DNA of 55,235 nt, counting the filler, from Platydemus manokwari (taxonomy: Eukaryota), in NCBI GenBank assembly GCA_037951405.1. It is 4 parts of 4 records of this genome, joined end to end, with 100 filler letters (N's around TTAATTAATTAA, not from the genome) between each part and the next. Parts side by side here need not be neighbours in the genome. Positions count along the whole stretch, not along the records: positions 28,794 to 44,469 come from JBBMOY011256985.1; positions 44,570 to 55,235 come from JBBMOY011114552.1; 2 more parts are not named here. The stretch is one strand, 5' to 3'. Positions within the stretch are counted from its first letter, which is position 1; every line of letters begins with the position of its first letter. Position numbers and translations under genes: made by a program. A model generated the notes under the pieces. That model did no database searches. It was not told the origin of the DNA and was given only the letters and a program-made list of their open reading frames with translations. Of this stretch, positions 37,201 to 49,380 are shown one piece after another.

Positions 37201-40200
37201 TTTTTACTCCGATTGATTTTAGTATTTAATCATTATGAGATTCACATCTCGTGTTGTTTGGTGTCTATTGGTGATTGCTATTTGTCTTGTAATGATTTTA
37301 TATTTATCGTAGTTTAAGGAACGGTGTAGATTAAATTTGTGTCCATGTCATAGAATATTTTAGGTAAATGACAAATGTGTGTTTTTTCGAGTTGTTTATG
37401 ATAATTAAGTCGGGTCTGAGCCTAGTGTCAATATCAACTGGTGTCGCATTTATATCGATGTCGATCCCGAAGGACTGTAGATGTTTTTCTATAATTTCCA
37501 GTATCATGAAGTGGCGTGGTATTGGGAGATATTGTCAGAAAAAATGGCAGCGGTATCGGGTTCAGTTTTGCAGCACCTGCATAGCACGGATTTGTTGTAT
37601 TTAACGAAGTAGGGAAAGTAGTTCAGTAGTAGGAGAGTGTTGCGAACCAAGTGTGTAAATATCCAGACTTCGAGAAGAGATGACAACTGTTGAGAAGTTT
37701 CCGGAAATTGTGGTGAGGCGGAGTAACAATAAACCATACGACCTTGTTTTTTGAGGGTCTACCACTGGTTATGGTATGACATTTGAACGGCATCGTGTAA
37801 GATGTCACAAAGTTTATTGGGGTTTTCGATAGAGAAGAAGTAGGTTAAGTCGTTAGCTATGGTCATTTTGATTTTGGTTTCAGTTTTGTGTTGAAAGAAT
37901 TCTATATTGATGTTGTGTTTTCTAAGATTTCGTACGGCAAATTGGGTTTTGGTCCACCAGATAGAGGAGGGTTATTTGAATGAGGGGATATTATCGATAA
38001 TCCATGAAAGTGCTGTGTGTGAGAATTCGAGTCTTTTTCGAACTATAAAAAAATGGGACACAATGAATTCACCGAAGTTGTCATCAAGGCTGGTGAAAAA
38101 TCTAAAGGCACACAGGGCTGGATGGAGACGTGATTTGGAGATGGTTTCGAAGAAAGATAGATAGTCATAATGTGTTTAGACTTTTGAAAAACAAAAGGAA
38201 CAGACCGAGAAATCTTTTTCCAGTACCTTATATCGAAATGTTTATAAACTCGGTGTATGGCACGGCAGTTTTCTCCAAGATAATTTTAGACCAAGTATAT
38301 TATCATGTCGAACTGGAGGAAAATTTTAAGTTGAAAACGATGTTCAACACTAGAACTAGACAATTCTGTTTTAGCAGACTACTTTTTGGATTATGTTTCA
38401 AAATCTAATGAATACAATATTCAAGGATTTGATTTACAAAGGCGTTCTTGTTTATCTGGACGATATTTTAGTGTAGGGAAGAACAATTGAGGAAACCAAT
38501 GAGAAACTCGAAACGCTATTCAGGTTGATTAAATCATTAGGTTTGAAAACCAATCCCGAAAAATGTGCTTTTGCAACCAGAAAACCAAATTTTCTGGGTA
38601 ATACGGTCAGTGTGGAAGGTATAAAATTAACAAGGACAAAGTAAAGAAGATTAAGGAAGCAATAAAACGCGGTTGCATCACTCAGTTGAGGTCGTTCCTA
38701 AGATTATTTAATTTTTTACAGAAGATTTATCAAAGACTACGCATTAATTGCGGCTTCATTATGTGAAACGATGACTGGAAGCGACAAGAAATTGGAGTGG
38801 ACTACGGAGTATGAGCAGAGTTTTACAAATCTTAAGGAACAATTATGGACAGCTCCGATTTTGGCCTTTCCGATTCCAAACAAATAAATGATTTTTGATA
38901 TCGACACTAATTTCGGAGCGATTGACCGCGTTCTAATCCAGGTGAATGATACTGGAAAAGAGAGAACAGTGGCCTTTGGTTCTAGAACTCTAAAAAGTCA
39001 TGAAAAATGTTATTGCGTCATGAGGAAAGAGCTTTTGGCATTGTCTGCTGAGAAAGAAATTTGTGACACGCACATGCATGAAGAAAACTAACAAATAGAT
39101 TAGCCCTAAGTTTCAAACATGGTTTGCAAACTATTCCGGATTCAATTTCGAACTTCAATATCGGAAGAGATAGAATCTTGGAAATGCGGGTGAGCTCTAA
39201 AGGATAGGCGAAGCATATTGTTCACAGTGGTTAACTCAGCACAAAGGTGCTAAAGAAGACAAACCAAAAAGTCGGTTTATTAATGTTGTCGAGCATTCAA
39301 TTGCAAATAATGACCAACTAAAGTAGATTCAACAAAAATAGTGCCATTGGTTCCACTCAAAAATGGTTACAGAAAACAGGAGGGAAATATTTTAACAGTT
39401 TAGAGAAATATAAATTGTTTGAATATATGGTGGTGTATAACGAAAATGGAAAGAAACGAATTGTTGCGCCAGAGGTTCATTCGCAGAAACTAACGAGATA
39501 TTTTCATGAGGAATTGTGCTTTATTGGTAATAAGAAATTGGTTTATTACACTCAATAGATTTACTTTTAGCCAAATTTGTCACGAAGCATCCAACATGAA
39601 GTACGAAATTGTGAAATTTGTGCTAAACTGAAAGTATACACTGGTCGGACTGAAGAGATTATGATTCTAAGGGAGGAGTTTGGTCCACTGGAACATATCG
39701 TTATTCATGTTGCCAATTTTTGAATAAAACAAAATAACTGTTGGCTATTCATTAAGTTACTAAGCTTTGTGCCACTTATTTGACAAGAAGAGATCAGAAT
39801 TTCCAATCCTATCATCAATAATTGGATCTATAGATATGGTGCTCCAAAATCAATGCTCGCTGATCGAGGTAGAGTCTTCAAAGGAAGAGAAATGAAGGAA
39901 TTAGTGATACGTTTTGGAATAAAGCAAGAATTTACCTCCTCATACAAACACCAAGCAAATGGCTTAGCCGAAAGAATGATTAGGAGTGTCCGAAATGTGG
40001 TCGTTACAACGCATTCGTGAAACAGGCTCGGAATAATTTAATACCTCGGATGGAATTTATCATTAATGCAACATATAAGCGTTCAATTCATCATTTTCCT
40101 TTTGAAATATTGTTTTGACGAAGAATTAATATGTATGAGTTACGACTAAATGAATCAAGCCACCTCAACCAAATCATCAAATAAACGGAAAACCAGCTAA

Positions 40201-40440
40201 AATCAGTAGCCATAAACCTAAGGAAATTAGATGCTAAAAAAAAAGGTCGTACGATTTTCGAGATTGGAGAGGAAGTTTTAGTGAGGAAAGAACCACCAAG
40301 ACAAAGAAGAACGGAGATAGTAATGAAGGTCTTCACAGAATATTGAAATTTTTAATCTCCCGTCAAATGTATCTTGACTTCCAAGCACATCCTAAACCTC
40401 GAAGAATTGTGTGGCTGAAAAAGCAGGAAGTATCAAATAT
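34226..40440 (+). mobile_element. Degenerate Ty3/Gypsy LTR retrotransposon (gag-PR-RT-RH-INT), interrupted at ~35975-38130
   Basis: PBS-like TGGCAACC (34226); gag knuckle CFCCAELGHRKFEY (~35075); protease remnant ending IEGVDII; RT FPVPYIE..FSK..YYHV..FGL and YLDD (~38455); RNase H IDTNFGAI..VL.Q, VAFGSRTL and KELLAL; integrase H..CEIC, GAPKSMLADRG and QANGLAERMIR. RT-RH-INT order. Many stops; LTRs not identified. Confidence 0.92.
35975..38130 (-). mobile_element. 5'-truncated R2-group (NeSL/R5/Utopia-like) non-LTR retrotransposon with RLE endonuclease, nested in the Gypsy RT
   Basis: Minus-strand translation with a few stops and frameshifts gives ALCAFRFFTSLD, SIWWTK, KKQG, WIFTHLVRNTLL.LN, the zinc knuckle CRCCKTEPDTA-H (~37580), RHFMIL, and the RLE motif LRPDLIIIN..K..FVI (37420-37370) followed by DKY. 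Confidence 0.85.
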
Positions 40441-40599
40441 AAAAGAAATCGACATCAATTAACTTAGTCAAATAGATGAAGTTTTTCGAACAAAAATATT
40501 AGTGTTGTCTTGCTTACCGGAAGGATTTGGATTAATTGGTATTTTATTCTCCAGTCTAGCTGAGATCGTCCTCTTACAGATATCAACATCGAAAAATAC

Positions 40600-41655
40600 A
40601 ATTTAGACTAGAATTGCCGCACATATCAAAAATAATTCAACATAAAAATTGCAAATCCTGTATGCGGCTGAAACTATCTGATTTTTCAAATTTATTTAAA
40701 CTCTCAACAAATAAATGCTGATAGAAAATTTAAAACTCAGTTCTTCACCTCACCAGTATCAAGTAGCAAGTTAACGACTCAAAAAATAATCCTAAGTAAC
40801 CCTAACTATTCTATTATATCCAACCGGAGAGTGTTTGTGTTATCCAACTCAAGCTATAAAATATTAGCTGGTATACACATAAATAGGGTATTACAGTGAA
40901 TCTTTTAAAGCAATATTCTGAAACTAGAACAGAAATATAAGCTGGAGTCTGAGGGTTGCATTGATTACAATGAATATTTGTTGTTCATATTTAAAGAAAA
41001 GGAAAAACCCACCTCAATAACATTGTTCGACATCGATAATGCATTCCTAAATATGGAGAAAGCTTGCCTTAGCGTTGATTTTGTGGCTATCATTGAGGAT
41101 ATAAACTCTGATGTATAAACATTCTATAAATTCAAGAATACCATTATCCATGAAATTCAGCTCCAGATAAGGATAAAGAAAGAGTTCAGACCATAAATCC
41201 TATTATCGATACTATTACCAGTTCTAACATTAAAGCATTGAGATAGTTTTTGTTCAACAAGAAAATTAAAGTACTTTGACTATGGTGATTACCTCTCTAC
41301 AAATGCATTGGATTTTAATGATTTTAATTTATTTTTGATCGTGCTACAATTATTTCTTTTAAGGAATCTGCATTTATTTTCGTCGGTATCAAGGACACAG
41401 AGATCATCATCAACCAACAATCAATCATGTAACTTCGTTTTGGAGAATTTCATATCTGGGAATGCCAGTTGGATATCAAATATATGAAGCACCGATTGAC
41501 ATTGATATATTATCAAAAAATAAGAAAAATCAACTTGTTACAAATCTAACTTTTGTCCTCCGAACAGGAGCAAAAAGATTTCACAATCAAAATTTCACAA
41601 AAAGTCAAGAAAATGCTATCATTCAAATAATGGTGATGGTTTTTTGACATTTGTT
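40600..41655 (+). mobile_element. Degenerate RT domain of an R2-group (NeSL-like) non-LTR retrotransposon
   Basis: Ordered motif traces: NRRVFVLSNSSYKIL (NWRPI.L.N..YK), EQK, GCIDYN (GC.EHN), LFDIDNAF, FVAIIEDI, VL-YGDYL (YADDL), YLGMPVG, LTFVLRTG and a GGLG-like thumb near 41630-41650. Left boundary approximate. Confidence 0.75.
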
Positions 41656-42239
41656 AGGATTTATAATAATATTGAGGATTTTTAAAAATAAATTTAAAAG
41701 ATTTTATTCTATTTGTTTGAAAAATTGTGAATAAAATATTGGCTTGTGTTGTGACTTTTCAGTTCGTTTTCAGTGGGTGCACTTTATGAAATATAAGTGG
41801 CTTACAAATGCCATAATTTGAAAGCATTGTTACAATGCTTAAAGTGAAGAAATAAAAATTATTTAAAGGAATTAAAATCGAAATAAAAACGTAATTCAGG
41901 CGAATTAAATTAGAGTGCTTTAAGATATCTAATTCTATTGGTTCATCGAAAAATATTATAAATACTAGAGTTATTTGAGATTCAAAACCAAATTGATTGA
42001 AGCTATCAATATGTTAATGGGGTCACCAAAAATAGATTTAGTGATTGAAAACGGAACGACCTTTTAAAGAATTCAATGATCATAAATTTTTAAAAAATTT
42101 AAAATTTAAAGCAAACAGGGATATCATAGATATGCTGAGTGTGATGAAATTCTGCAAAAAGAACGAATTTGCATCTTGGAACCCATGTTCAAGAGCTTTA
42201 ACGATTTGCATGCTTACACAACCATACAAGCATAGCAAT

Positions 42240-42600
42240 CAGCCAATCATAACGAAGTAAGATGGCAAACGACAATTTAAAAAAGGAACATAGCTACACA
42301 ACAACGCACACATACGGATTGACCAATTCCTCTCATGCAAAAACTTAGAAACCCAACAAGAACGTGACACACAATTACACACAGATCGCGAGTATAAAAA
42401 TCGATGTAAAGATGGCCAATTGTCAGTTTCAATCCGAGTTTTGGTTGGTATTTTGTACAGTATAGTTTGTGTGTAGTGTACTGAATAATACATAAGAAAA
42501 TGTAATACTAGCCTGCTACTGTGGAGTCAAAGCTCAGTTAATTAAAGTATAAATACTAAGTAACCGAAATGTCTTGGAGAACTGACATCGTATTTTACCA
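42240..42600 (+). mobile_element. Possible LTR fragment
   Basis: CCAAT boxes, TATAAAA followed by TCAGTT about 25 nt downstream, and a CA end. No partner copy seen. Confidence 0.3.
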
Positions 42601-43374
42601 CTTCTATTTAAGAAGAATATAAAGAGTTAAATTTGTGGTTTTCAAAGTGCGCATCTTGAGAAAATTAGGATTTCATAAAGTTCTTATAACTACAAGTATG
42701 GATTGTCGATTCTGATTGGGTTATTGGCATAAGACAAGCACCAGAAAATAGCGAATTCGCTTGTTGGGTTAATCTTCAACTAGATAATCTCTCTATACTT
42801 TGGAAATTAGACTCGAGAAATTATCAGCATCAACTCTTAACGAATTTCCGATTCACTAAATTCAAGGACATTAGTAAGTACTGATCTATCATAGACTTGT
42901 TAAATAAAATGTGTTTATTAAAAGATATTTTAGAATCTCTCTCTATCCAATGAATAGGTGATTTGAGCGTGATCTAAAGTTGAACTGTGCATGGATCTGT
43001 GTATCTATGAAATAATAAGGGCTTTAATTAGTAGCTATCTTTGTACCTATATGAACTTTGATTTTCTTTCCTAAACAACATTAAGAATAAAAAACGTGAA
43101 TGACTTAAAAACCTTGAAAAATAGTTAAGAGTAAGTTTTTCTCACATTCACCCACGAATTGCAACAGTAGTAAAGAAGCGCCAGGCGCAACTGTTCCACT
43201 GACATTCACCATTATTATTCTATACCCGGTATTGAATACAGAATATGTTGTATTTATGAGAATAAAAATTCTTCTTAGATGATCTTCTTTGTTTTATATT
43301 ATTTCATTGCGAAAAGTTTTTGAGTAAAAAAAATTTATATTTTGAGGTAGTTGTGGTGTGAAAATTTAAAGAGC

Positions 43375-43417
43375 TCAATAGTGTGCCTTGATATATAAAA
43401 ACGATTGGGAACCACGA
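43375..43417. mobile_element. hAT-Charlie terminal remnant
   Basis: GTGTGCCTTG...AAAACGATTGGGAACCAC resembles Charlie ends (...AAAGGTTGGGAACCACTG). Confidence 0.4.
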
Positions 43418-43715
43418 GCTAATTGGTGAGGTCTAAGCTTTTATACTATAAGTCCAGCACTGTGCGGTGGGCAAGTAAAATAAAATAGATAAAATCTGAA
43501 AAATAGCTGAACCTCGTTATAGTAAGACTACTTAATAATCTTTGTAAGAATTAGTAAAAATATTATTAACAGCAGATAAGAATATTTACTGAATGAGGGA
43601 AATCACAGGAAAACGGTTGCATTGAGAGCAAACTGAAACTCTTGATATGTCATTTAAGGATAAAAATGGCCACCGGTTAAGCAGCCATAAAATATGAGGT
43701 AGTGAATAATAATAT

Positions 43716-44265
43716 TGTTGGGTATATTAATCAATAATTTAGATCTGAAAACTGTATTACTAACAATATTACAATTAAAGTCGCAATAGCTACAGCAAAT
43801 ATTTTCACAACTCACAATGGTAAATAACACAAGACGGAATCAGTGCCTGAAAGTCAAAAACAAAATAGAAAGTAATCAAAAGACTGGTTACTAAAAATCA
43901 CCCAAAGGTAAGCTTAACTCGAGAGTTACAAACCAAAAAGACTGCCAGACATTCATGGAACTCAACCTCTTTTATAAACGTATCGAGTGTGTTACGGATC
44001 TTCGTTTTCTATTTGTTGAATCTGTTCGTAGATCAGTCTACTTGAAATTTTCTTTGTATCCTCGGATTATTGGCGAATATTTGAGCTTGCTGCTATTTGT
44101 AGATATGTGCTTGTCGGTTTTTAGCTTCTGAATATGGATTAATATTAGAAGAAATCTGATTGGCTGACGGCACAGGTGCTTATCGCATCTGTGTGCATCA
44201 ACCCGTTTTAGGGTTATTTCTTTGATTTTTTTAACCAATTTGATCGATTTGTGATCTACCCAGCC
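43716..44265. mobile_element. Solo LTR, family A, copy 2
   Basis: Starts TGTTGGGT, ends ACCCAGC, and is colinear over ~550 bp with 1962-2516. Confidence 0.7.
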
Positions 44266-44395
44266 AAGTTGAGAGGCGTACATTTTATCATATTGACCTC
44301 CAAACAACATTGATTGGCAAAATGATTAGCTAAATAAAGAAGAACACTTTAGAAGCTTATGATTTGTCATGAGAAATTTTCGATAAGCAGACATA

Positions 44396-44469
44396 CCAGG
44401 TTGAGTCAAAAGTTATTCATGTTTTTATGCAGGTATTTTATTAACACAAATTGTTATAACGCTGAACAT
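44396..44469 (+). mobile_element. Mariner-type TIR running into gap
   Basis: TA|CCAGGTTGAGTCAAAAGTTATTCATGTTTTT, the same family as 28836-28867. Confidence 0.75.
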
Positions 44470-44569
44470 NNNNNNNNNNNNNNNNNNNNNNNNNNNNNNN
44501 NNNNNNNNNNNNNTTAATTAATTAANNNNNNNNNNNNNNNNNNNNNNNNNNNNNNNNNNNNNNNNNNNN
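44470..44569. other. Assembly spacer
   Basis: N44-TTAATTAATTAA-N44. Confidence 0.97.
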
Positions 44570-44603
44570 CCTTCAATCCATTATAATAATAAATGTTATA
44601 TAG

Positions 44604-47580
44604 GATGGTCCCCAGATGTTTTCCTAGACTGGAAATCTTTCACAAAATTAGCTATTCCTGGTGCAGCAATGGTTGTCATGGAATGTACTTGTTTTGAAAT
44701 CGGAACAATTTTAAGTGGTATAATGGGAGAAGTAGAACTTGCTGCTCAATCGGTCATGTTCCAAGTTGAGACCATTACATTTATGGTTACAGATTATGTA
44801 ATTATAAATTTGTTTCAATTGAATTCATTTAGATGAGCTTTGGTGTTGGTATAGCAGTCAATATTAGAGTTGGACAGAATCTTGGTGCAGGACAACCTGT
44901 TGCAGCATTAAAAGCATACAGATGTGGTATGTTGGCGATGTGTAAGTTTCTTTCGATGAAATATTATCTATGTGATATCTCAATTCTGTCCAAAGTTTAT
45001 TTTTAGTTTGAATGAAAACCACATAAGTGATTTCAATCTTCATATTTAATTTATATTTTGATAATAAATAATTGACAGTTAATTATCGTTATCAAAATCG
45101 AATAAAAATTATTAATAATATACCTAGTGTTGACCTTTATCAGTATGTGCATACACATAAGTTTTTATTCTTAAGTTTTTTACACAACCCAATGTCTCTG
45201 AACATTTAAAAATTCTATATACATGGTTGAAGAAAAATGTGAAAATGACCTCAAAGGCTAACAACATCAAACGATTTTGTTAAAATTTTGGATCACTAAG
45301 AATCATATAATTTTAACCGAATCTGTTTTATAATTTTGAAGAAATAAAATATTAATTTCAAGGATCCATGAAAATTAATTATAAAAGGGAGAATAATATA
45401 AATAAAAGTTAGCTGAATGTGAAAGTTAAAAAGGGCAAGTTGTAAATAAATACATGTATTAAATTTATATTATCGTACTTAAATATTCTTGTTTTAATCT
45501 GTTTATGCCATATTATTATTATCATTAAAAATATTCTTATTATTTAATTCACGTATTACGATACTCAATAGAATATATTTCTAAAATTAGATTATTTAAA
45601 CAAACTAAAAATCCAAATGAGTTTTAAATAATGTCAGTCTTGATCAGAAATATCTATATTTATATGTGTGTGTATGCATGTATGGATATCCATGGGTGTG
45701 TGCTTTAATACAAATTATTTTTAAATATTTATATAACAATACATTTAAAATCTTTAAATAAGTAATTAATTTCAACACATTCCTCAAATACTTTTCAATT
45801 ATTTTTTTTATTAAGAAAAATATAAGATTATTTATCACAAATTAATTTGTTTTTTATCCAGTCATATCATTCTGTATCATAAGCACTTTTATAATTGGCT
45901 TTCAAACTTATCTACCAATGGTATTCACAAACGATGAGTTAGAATTTATTGATAATTTCATAGAATAATTTTTTATTTTCAGGAAAGCTCAGAAAATGTC
46001 TACTGAATTATTACCTTATCTTGTTGGTGTCCAATTCTTCGACGCTTTTGGTGTGAGTGTTTATGTGTCTAACTCGATAAATAAATAAAATGAATTTTCA
46101 ACTATAAGTTCTCGTCAAATGGAAAAAGTAAACACGATATTCCAAATTAAAAACCAATGTAATTTCCGAAGAAATTTGCGTTGCTTCTATAAGGCCGAAA
46201 CAGCTGTAAAAATTGGAAGCCATTTATTCGACAAAAATTTTGACGTGTTATTTCTCGAACAGGAAGAAAACATCTGAAATATTGTGTTAACTTGTCGTAT
46301 TTGATGAAAGAGTAACACGGTGTCATGTTTGATATCTATGGAAAATTTATTAAACCGGAAATACTTTCATCTTGTGAACAATTTTAAGTGAATTGTGAAG
46401 TTATTTGGAGAATCGTTTTTCGGTCGGATAATCAGAAATAATGCTAATCACTTTTCGCGATAATTAAAGAACCACAGAAGTTATGAAGTCTCGATAAATT
46501 AAGTGATTTATACCCTTATTGACAACAAACTTATGTTTAAAGTTAATGTTGATATGATTAATGAAATACTTAATCGATATCTGTAAAAGATTCACCTATA
46601 AACCGGACTGAGTTCATAAATAAATATTATGAACACATTGGTCTAGGAATCATTCTTAAATTGTCAACATTTTATCTGATTAAAATAATGAAGTTATGTT
46701 GTGGTAATTATTTGATATTTATATGATTATTTAGACAGTAACAATGGGAGCATTACGAGGTTGCGGTCGACAGAAAATATGCGTATTGATCATATTTTGC
46801 TCGTATTACTTGCTTGGTCAACCTATTGGCATTTCATTAGCATTTGCAGCTGACATGAAAGTAAAAGGTATTTTAAAAGGAATTTATTTTTTCTCAGTGT
46901 TTGAACTCAATAAACCGATTACTCAATCGAACAACTGAACTAACTCAATCAATTTTTATACACGAGTTTATAGCTACTCTACAATTAACAAAATAATATA
47001 TAAAAGCTGTTACAATAGAATTAATAATATTATAATCAATAACGAATAATTTTAGGAATATGGATTGGACTCTTGATTTCTGTGGCAATCTGTGTACCAA
47101 TTGCCGTTATTTATACAAATTTCTTTCAAAATTGGCAATATCAAGCAGATCTTGTATTATTTTACTATAACAACCATTATTAACATCATCATATTGTCCT
47201 ATTTAGTGCCAAAAACGGATAGCTGATGCTATGATTCAACAGCAGAAAGAGGAAATGAAAAGCAAATATCATTCATTTATTGTGATCAATTTAATTATGA
47301 TTTAGGTGAATTATTTGAAACTGGTGAAGGTATAGGATCTACCAAAGCTGCTTTTAAAACATTGCACGAAAGATCATTGAGCAAATCTTTTTCAACAAAA
47401 TCGGCTAATGAAATTTTAGTGACAAAGTATATTAAAACTGACAAAAGAACTTTTATCAAAGCCTACACTGAGAAATCAATAATATGTGCATTAGCAATTT
47501 GCGTTCTACTGATAGGGGTTTTTGTACATGTTTTCCTTCCGAAAAGTTCTTACTGGCCGAATTCAACGACATTACATTAA
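44604..47580 (+). CDS. MATE/SLC47-family transporter, 3' half only (exons 44604-44785, 44833-44941, 45862-45937, 45983-46052, 46735-46867, 47056-47153, 47207-47261, 47306-47580)
   Basis: The in-frame product GWS..LDWKSFTKLAIPG..MECTCFEIG..ELAAQSV, RVGQNLGAG, VFTND, GALRGCGRQK, YYLLGQPIG, GIWIGL, NW..QA plus a terminal TM aligns with the MATE1 C-terminal half. The 5' exons are missing at the gap. Confidence 0.93.
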
Positions 47581-47989
47581 TGCACTTTTTAGTAGAATAA
47601 ATTTTGCTGTACTGAATATGTGCTCTCTGAAATGCTCTCAAAGGTATATTTAGTCTTCACTAATTGAAATTAAAAATACCATTAACCTGTTTTTACAAGC
47701 AAGTCATTTTAGAAATTGAATTTATTTAATTTTCTTTTGATATTTACTTTATATTTGTTGGGTTTTGTATGAGCTATTAATTTAATGTATTTAAATGTGA
47801 GTTCTTTTGAAAACGATTTAGTTCTAAGTTTATCATTAAATCAACAACTATTATTCTTTCGAAAAAAGAATCAAAATTCCTACGACAAATAAATTGACAC
47901 AATTTTATTTTAAAGATGAAAATTGATTTCTACAAAAATTAGAAAAATAACCAATAGTTTATTGGAACTGATTTCTCTGAAATTGACCT

Positions 47990-49010
47990 TCATGGTGGCT
48001 TTGTATTCGACATTTCTTCTCAATGGTAATCTTTGACCCTTAATTATTTGATACTTCAGCACGTTTATTAACTCTCCTTAAATTGTTTTCATTGACCAGA
48101 AATGATAACTGTATCAAATTTGTCAAAACACAAAAGAAATCAAGGCCCAAATCCTGGAATTAGGCCTAAAAGGGTAATTACATCGTTAGGCAATACACAC
48201 TATTCAGTATCCAATAACATGCTTTAAATTAATACTCCGTGATTGGACTTCAAGCAAAAAAATCAATGCACCAAACTTTGATCAATACACACAAAATTAA
48301 CATAAATAAGTGAGATGTGAGCAGTTCTGCAATTTTGTGCTTTCTCTTCATTTTACGAGTGTTTGCTTGAATCTCCGACTTTTTGTTTATTGTGCTAGCG
48401 ATTTTAATAATAAAAAAATCTGCATTACTTTTTATAAGCTTTATATAAGACAGATAACCTAGTACGCTGAAATAAAGCATACCTGTCATCCACAGATTAA
48501 TCCACTCTCAAATTATAAATTATCCGTGGTTGATTAAAATTTATTTTCATGTGGAGTTTAAAATTTTAATTTTACCATTTACCTAATAAACGATGAGTTG
48601 GAGTATTAAAATCGATGTAATGATTAAAATCTTAATTGGCTCCAACTAATACGACGTGTAACCAGAATAAGAAATTTATAGTCAGAAGTTTGAATAAGTT
48701 TCTTGAGCAAGCTTTTTATCCAATTTTCTTCTTATTTGGATTCTAATTGAATTTAATAATTCATCATGACAGAGATTGGTCTGAATATTCGGTATATAGT
48801 GATTCAGATTGGTAGGACAGTAATCTTTACAAAAGTTAATTAATCTTTGTTATTATTGTTATCAACATTTTTAACATTTAATTGCGTATTGCGCACCCTT
48901 ATTATTTAAGCTGTGCATTAATTACCGAAAAGGCGACAGACAATTAGAGAAAGCTATCAATCACATTAGTAGCATCTTTAGAGTTTGAAAGCTTATTTAT
49001 AATAATCGAT
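47990..49010 (-). pseudogene. Probable decayed intronless peptide-receptor-like (srw/PROF1-type) GPCR
   Basis: Frameshifted traces: TM2 (ATNV-LIAFSNCL), TM5 (EWINLWMTGMLYFSVLGYLSY), basic ICL3 (TRKMKRKHKIAELL), TM6, and TM7/H8 (NDVITLLGL...WSM-KQFK). Multiple stops. Confidence 0.4.
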
Positions 49011-49380
49011 CTTCTTCCTATTGCTTTTATAAGTAAAATATCAAAACAGGGGTTCTAATGCTCAAAGAGTTGTTATTTTAAGGGAATCTTTCATACAAAT
49101 AAGATGTTTTCAAATTATTAATATAAAAACATTAAAAGATTCTGATATATTAAATGTGATACTTATTTAAAGTTTATTTTCATATGCTCTATAGAACATT
49201 TTATATTAATATGAAACTGATTGGACAAAAGAACATGTCAAATGATCATATATTTAATATCACGATAATGGAATCTATGAAAGGAAAGGAAAGAAATTTC
49301 GAAAAAAGTATTATGTAGAACTGATTTCATTAAGTTATGAAAATTGTTTTTATCCGAAAAAAAATGTTGTGCTAAGAAAT

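Noticed and set aside
30547-47580. SLC18-like plus MATE plus GPCR as a functional amine-handling cluster
   Set aside because: The genes lie on different contigs joined by artificial spacers, with no evidence of co-regulation.
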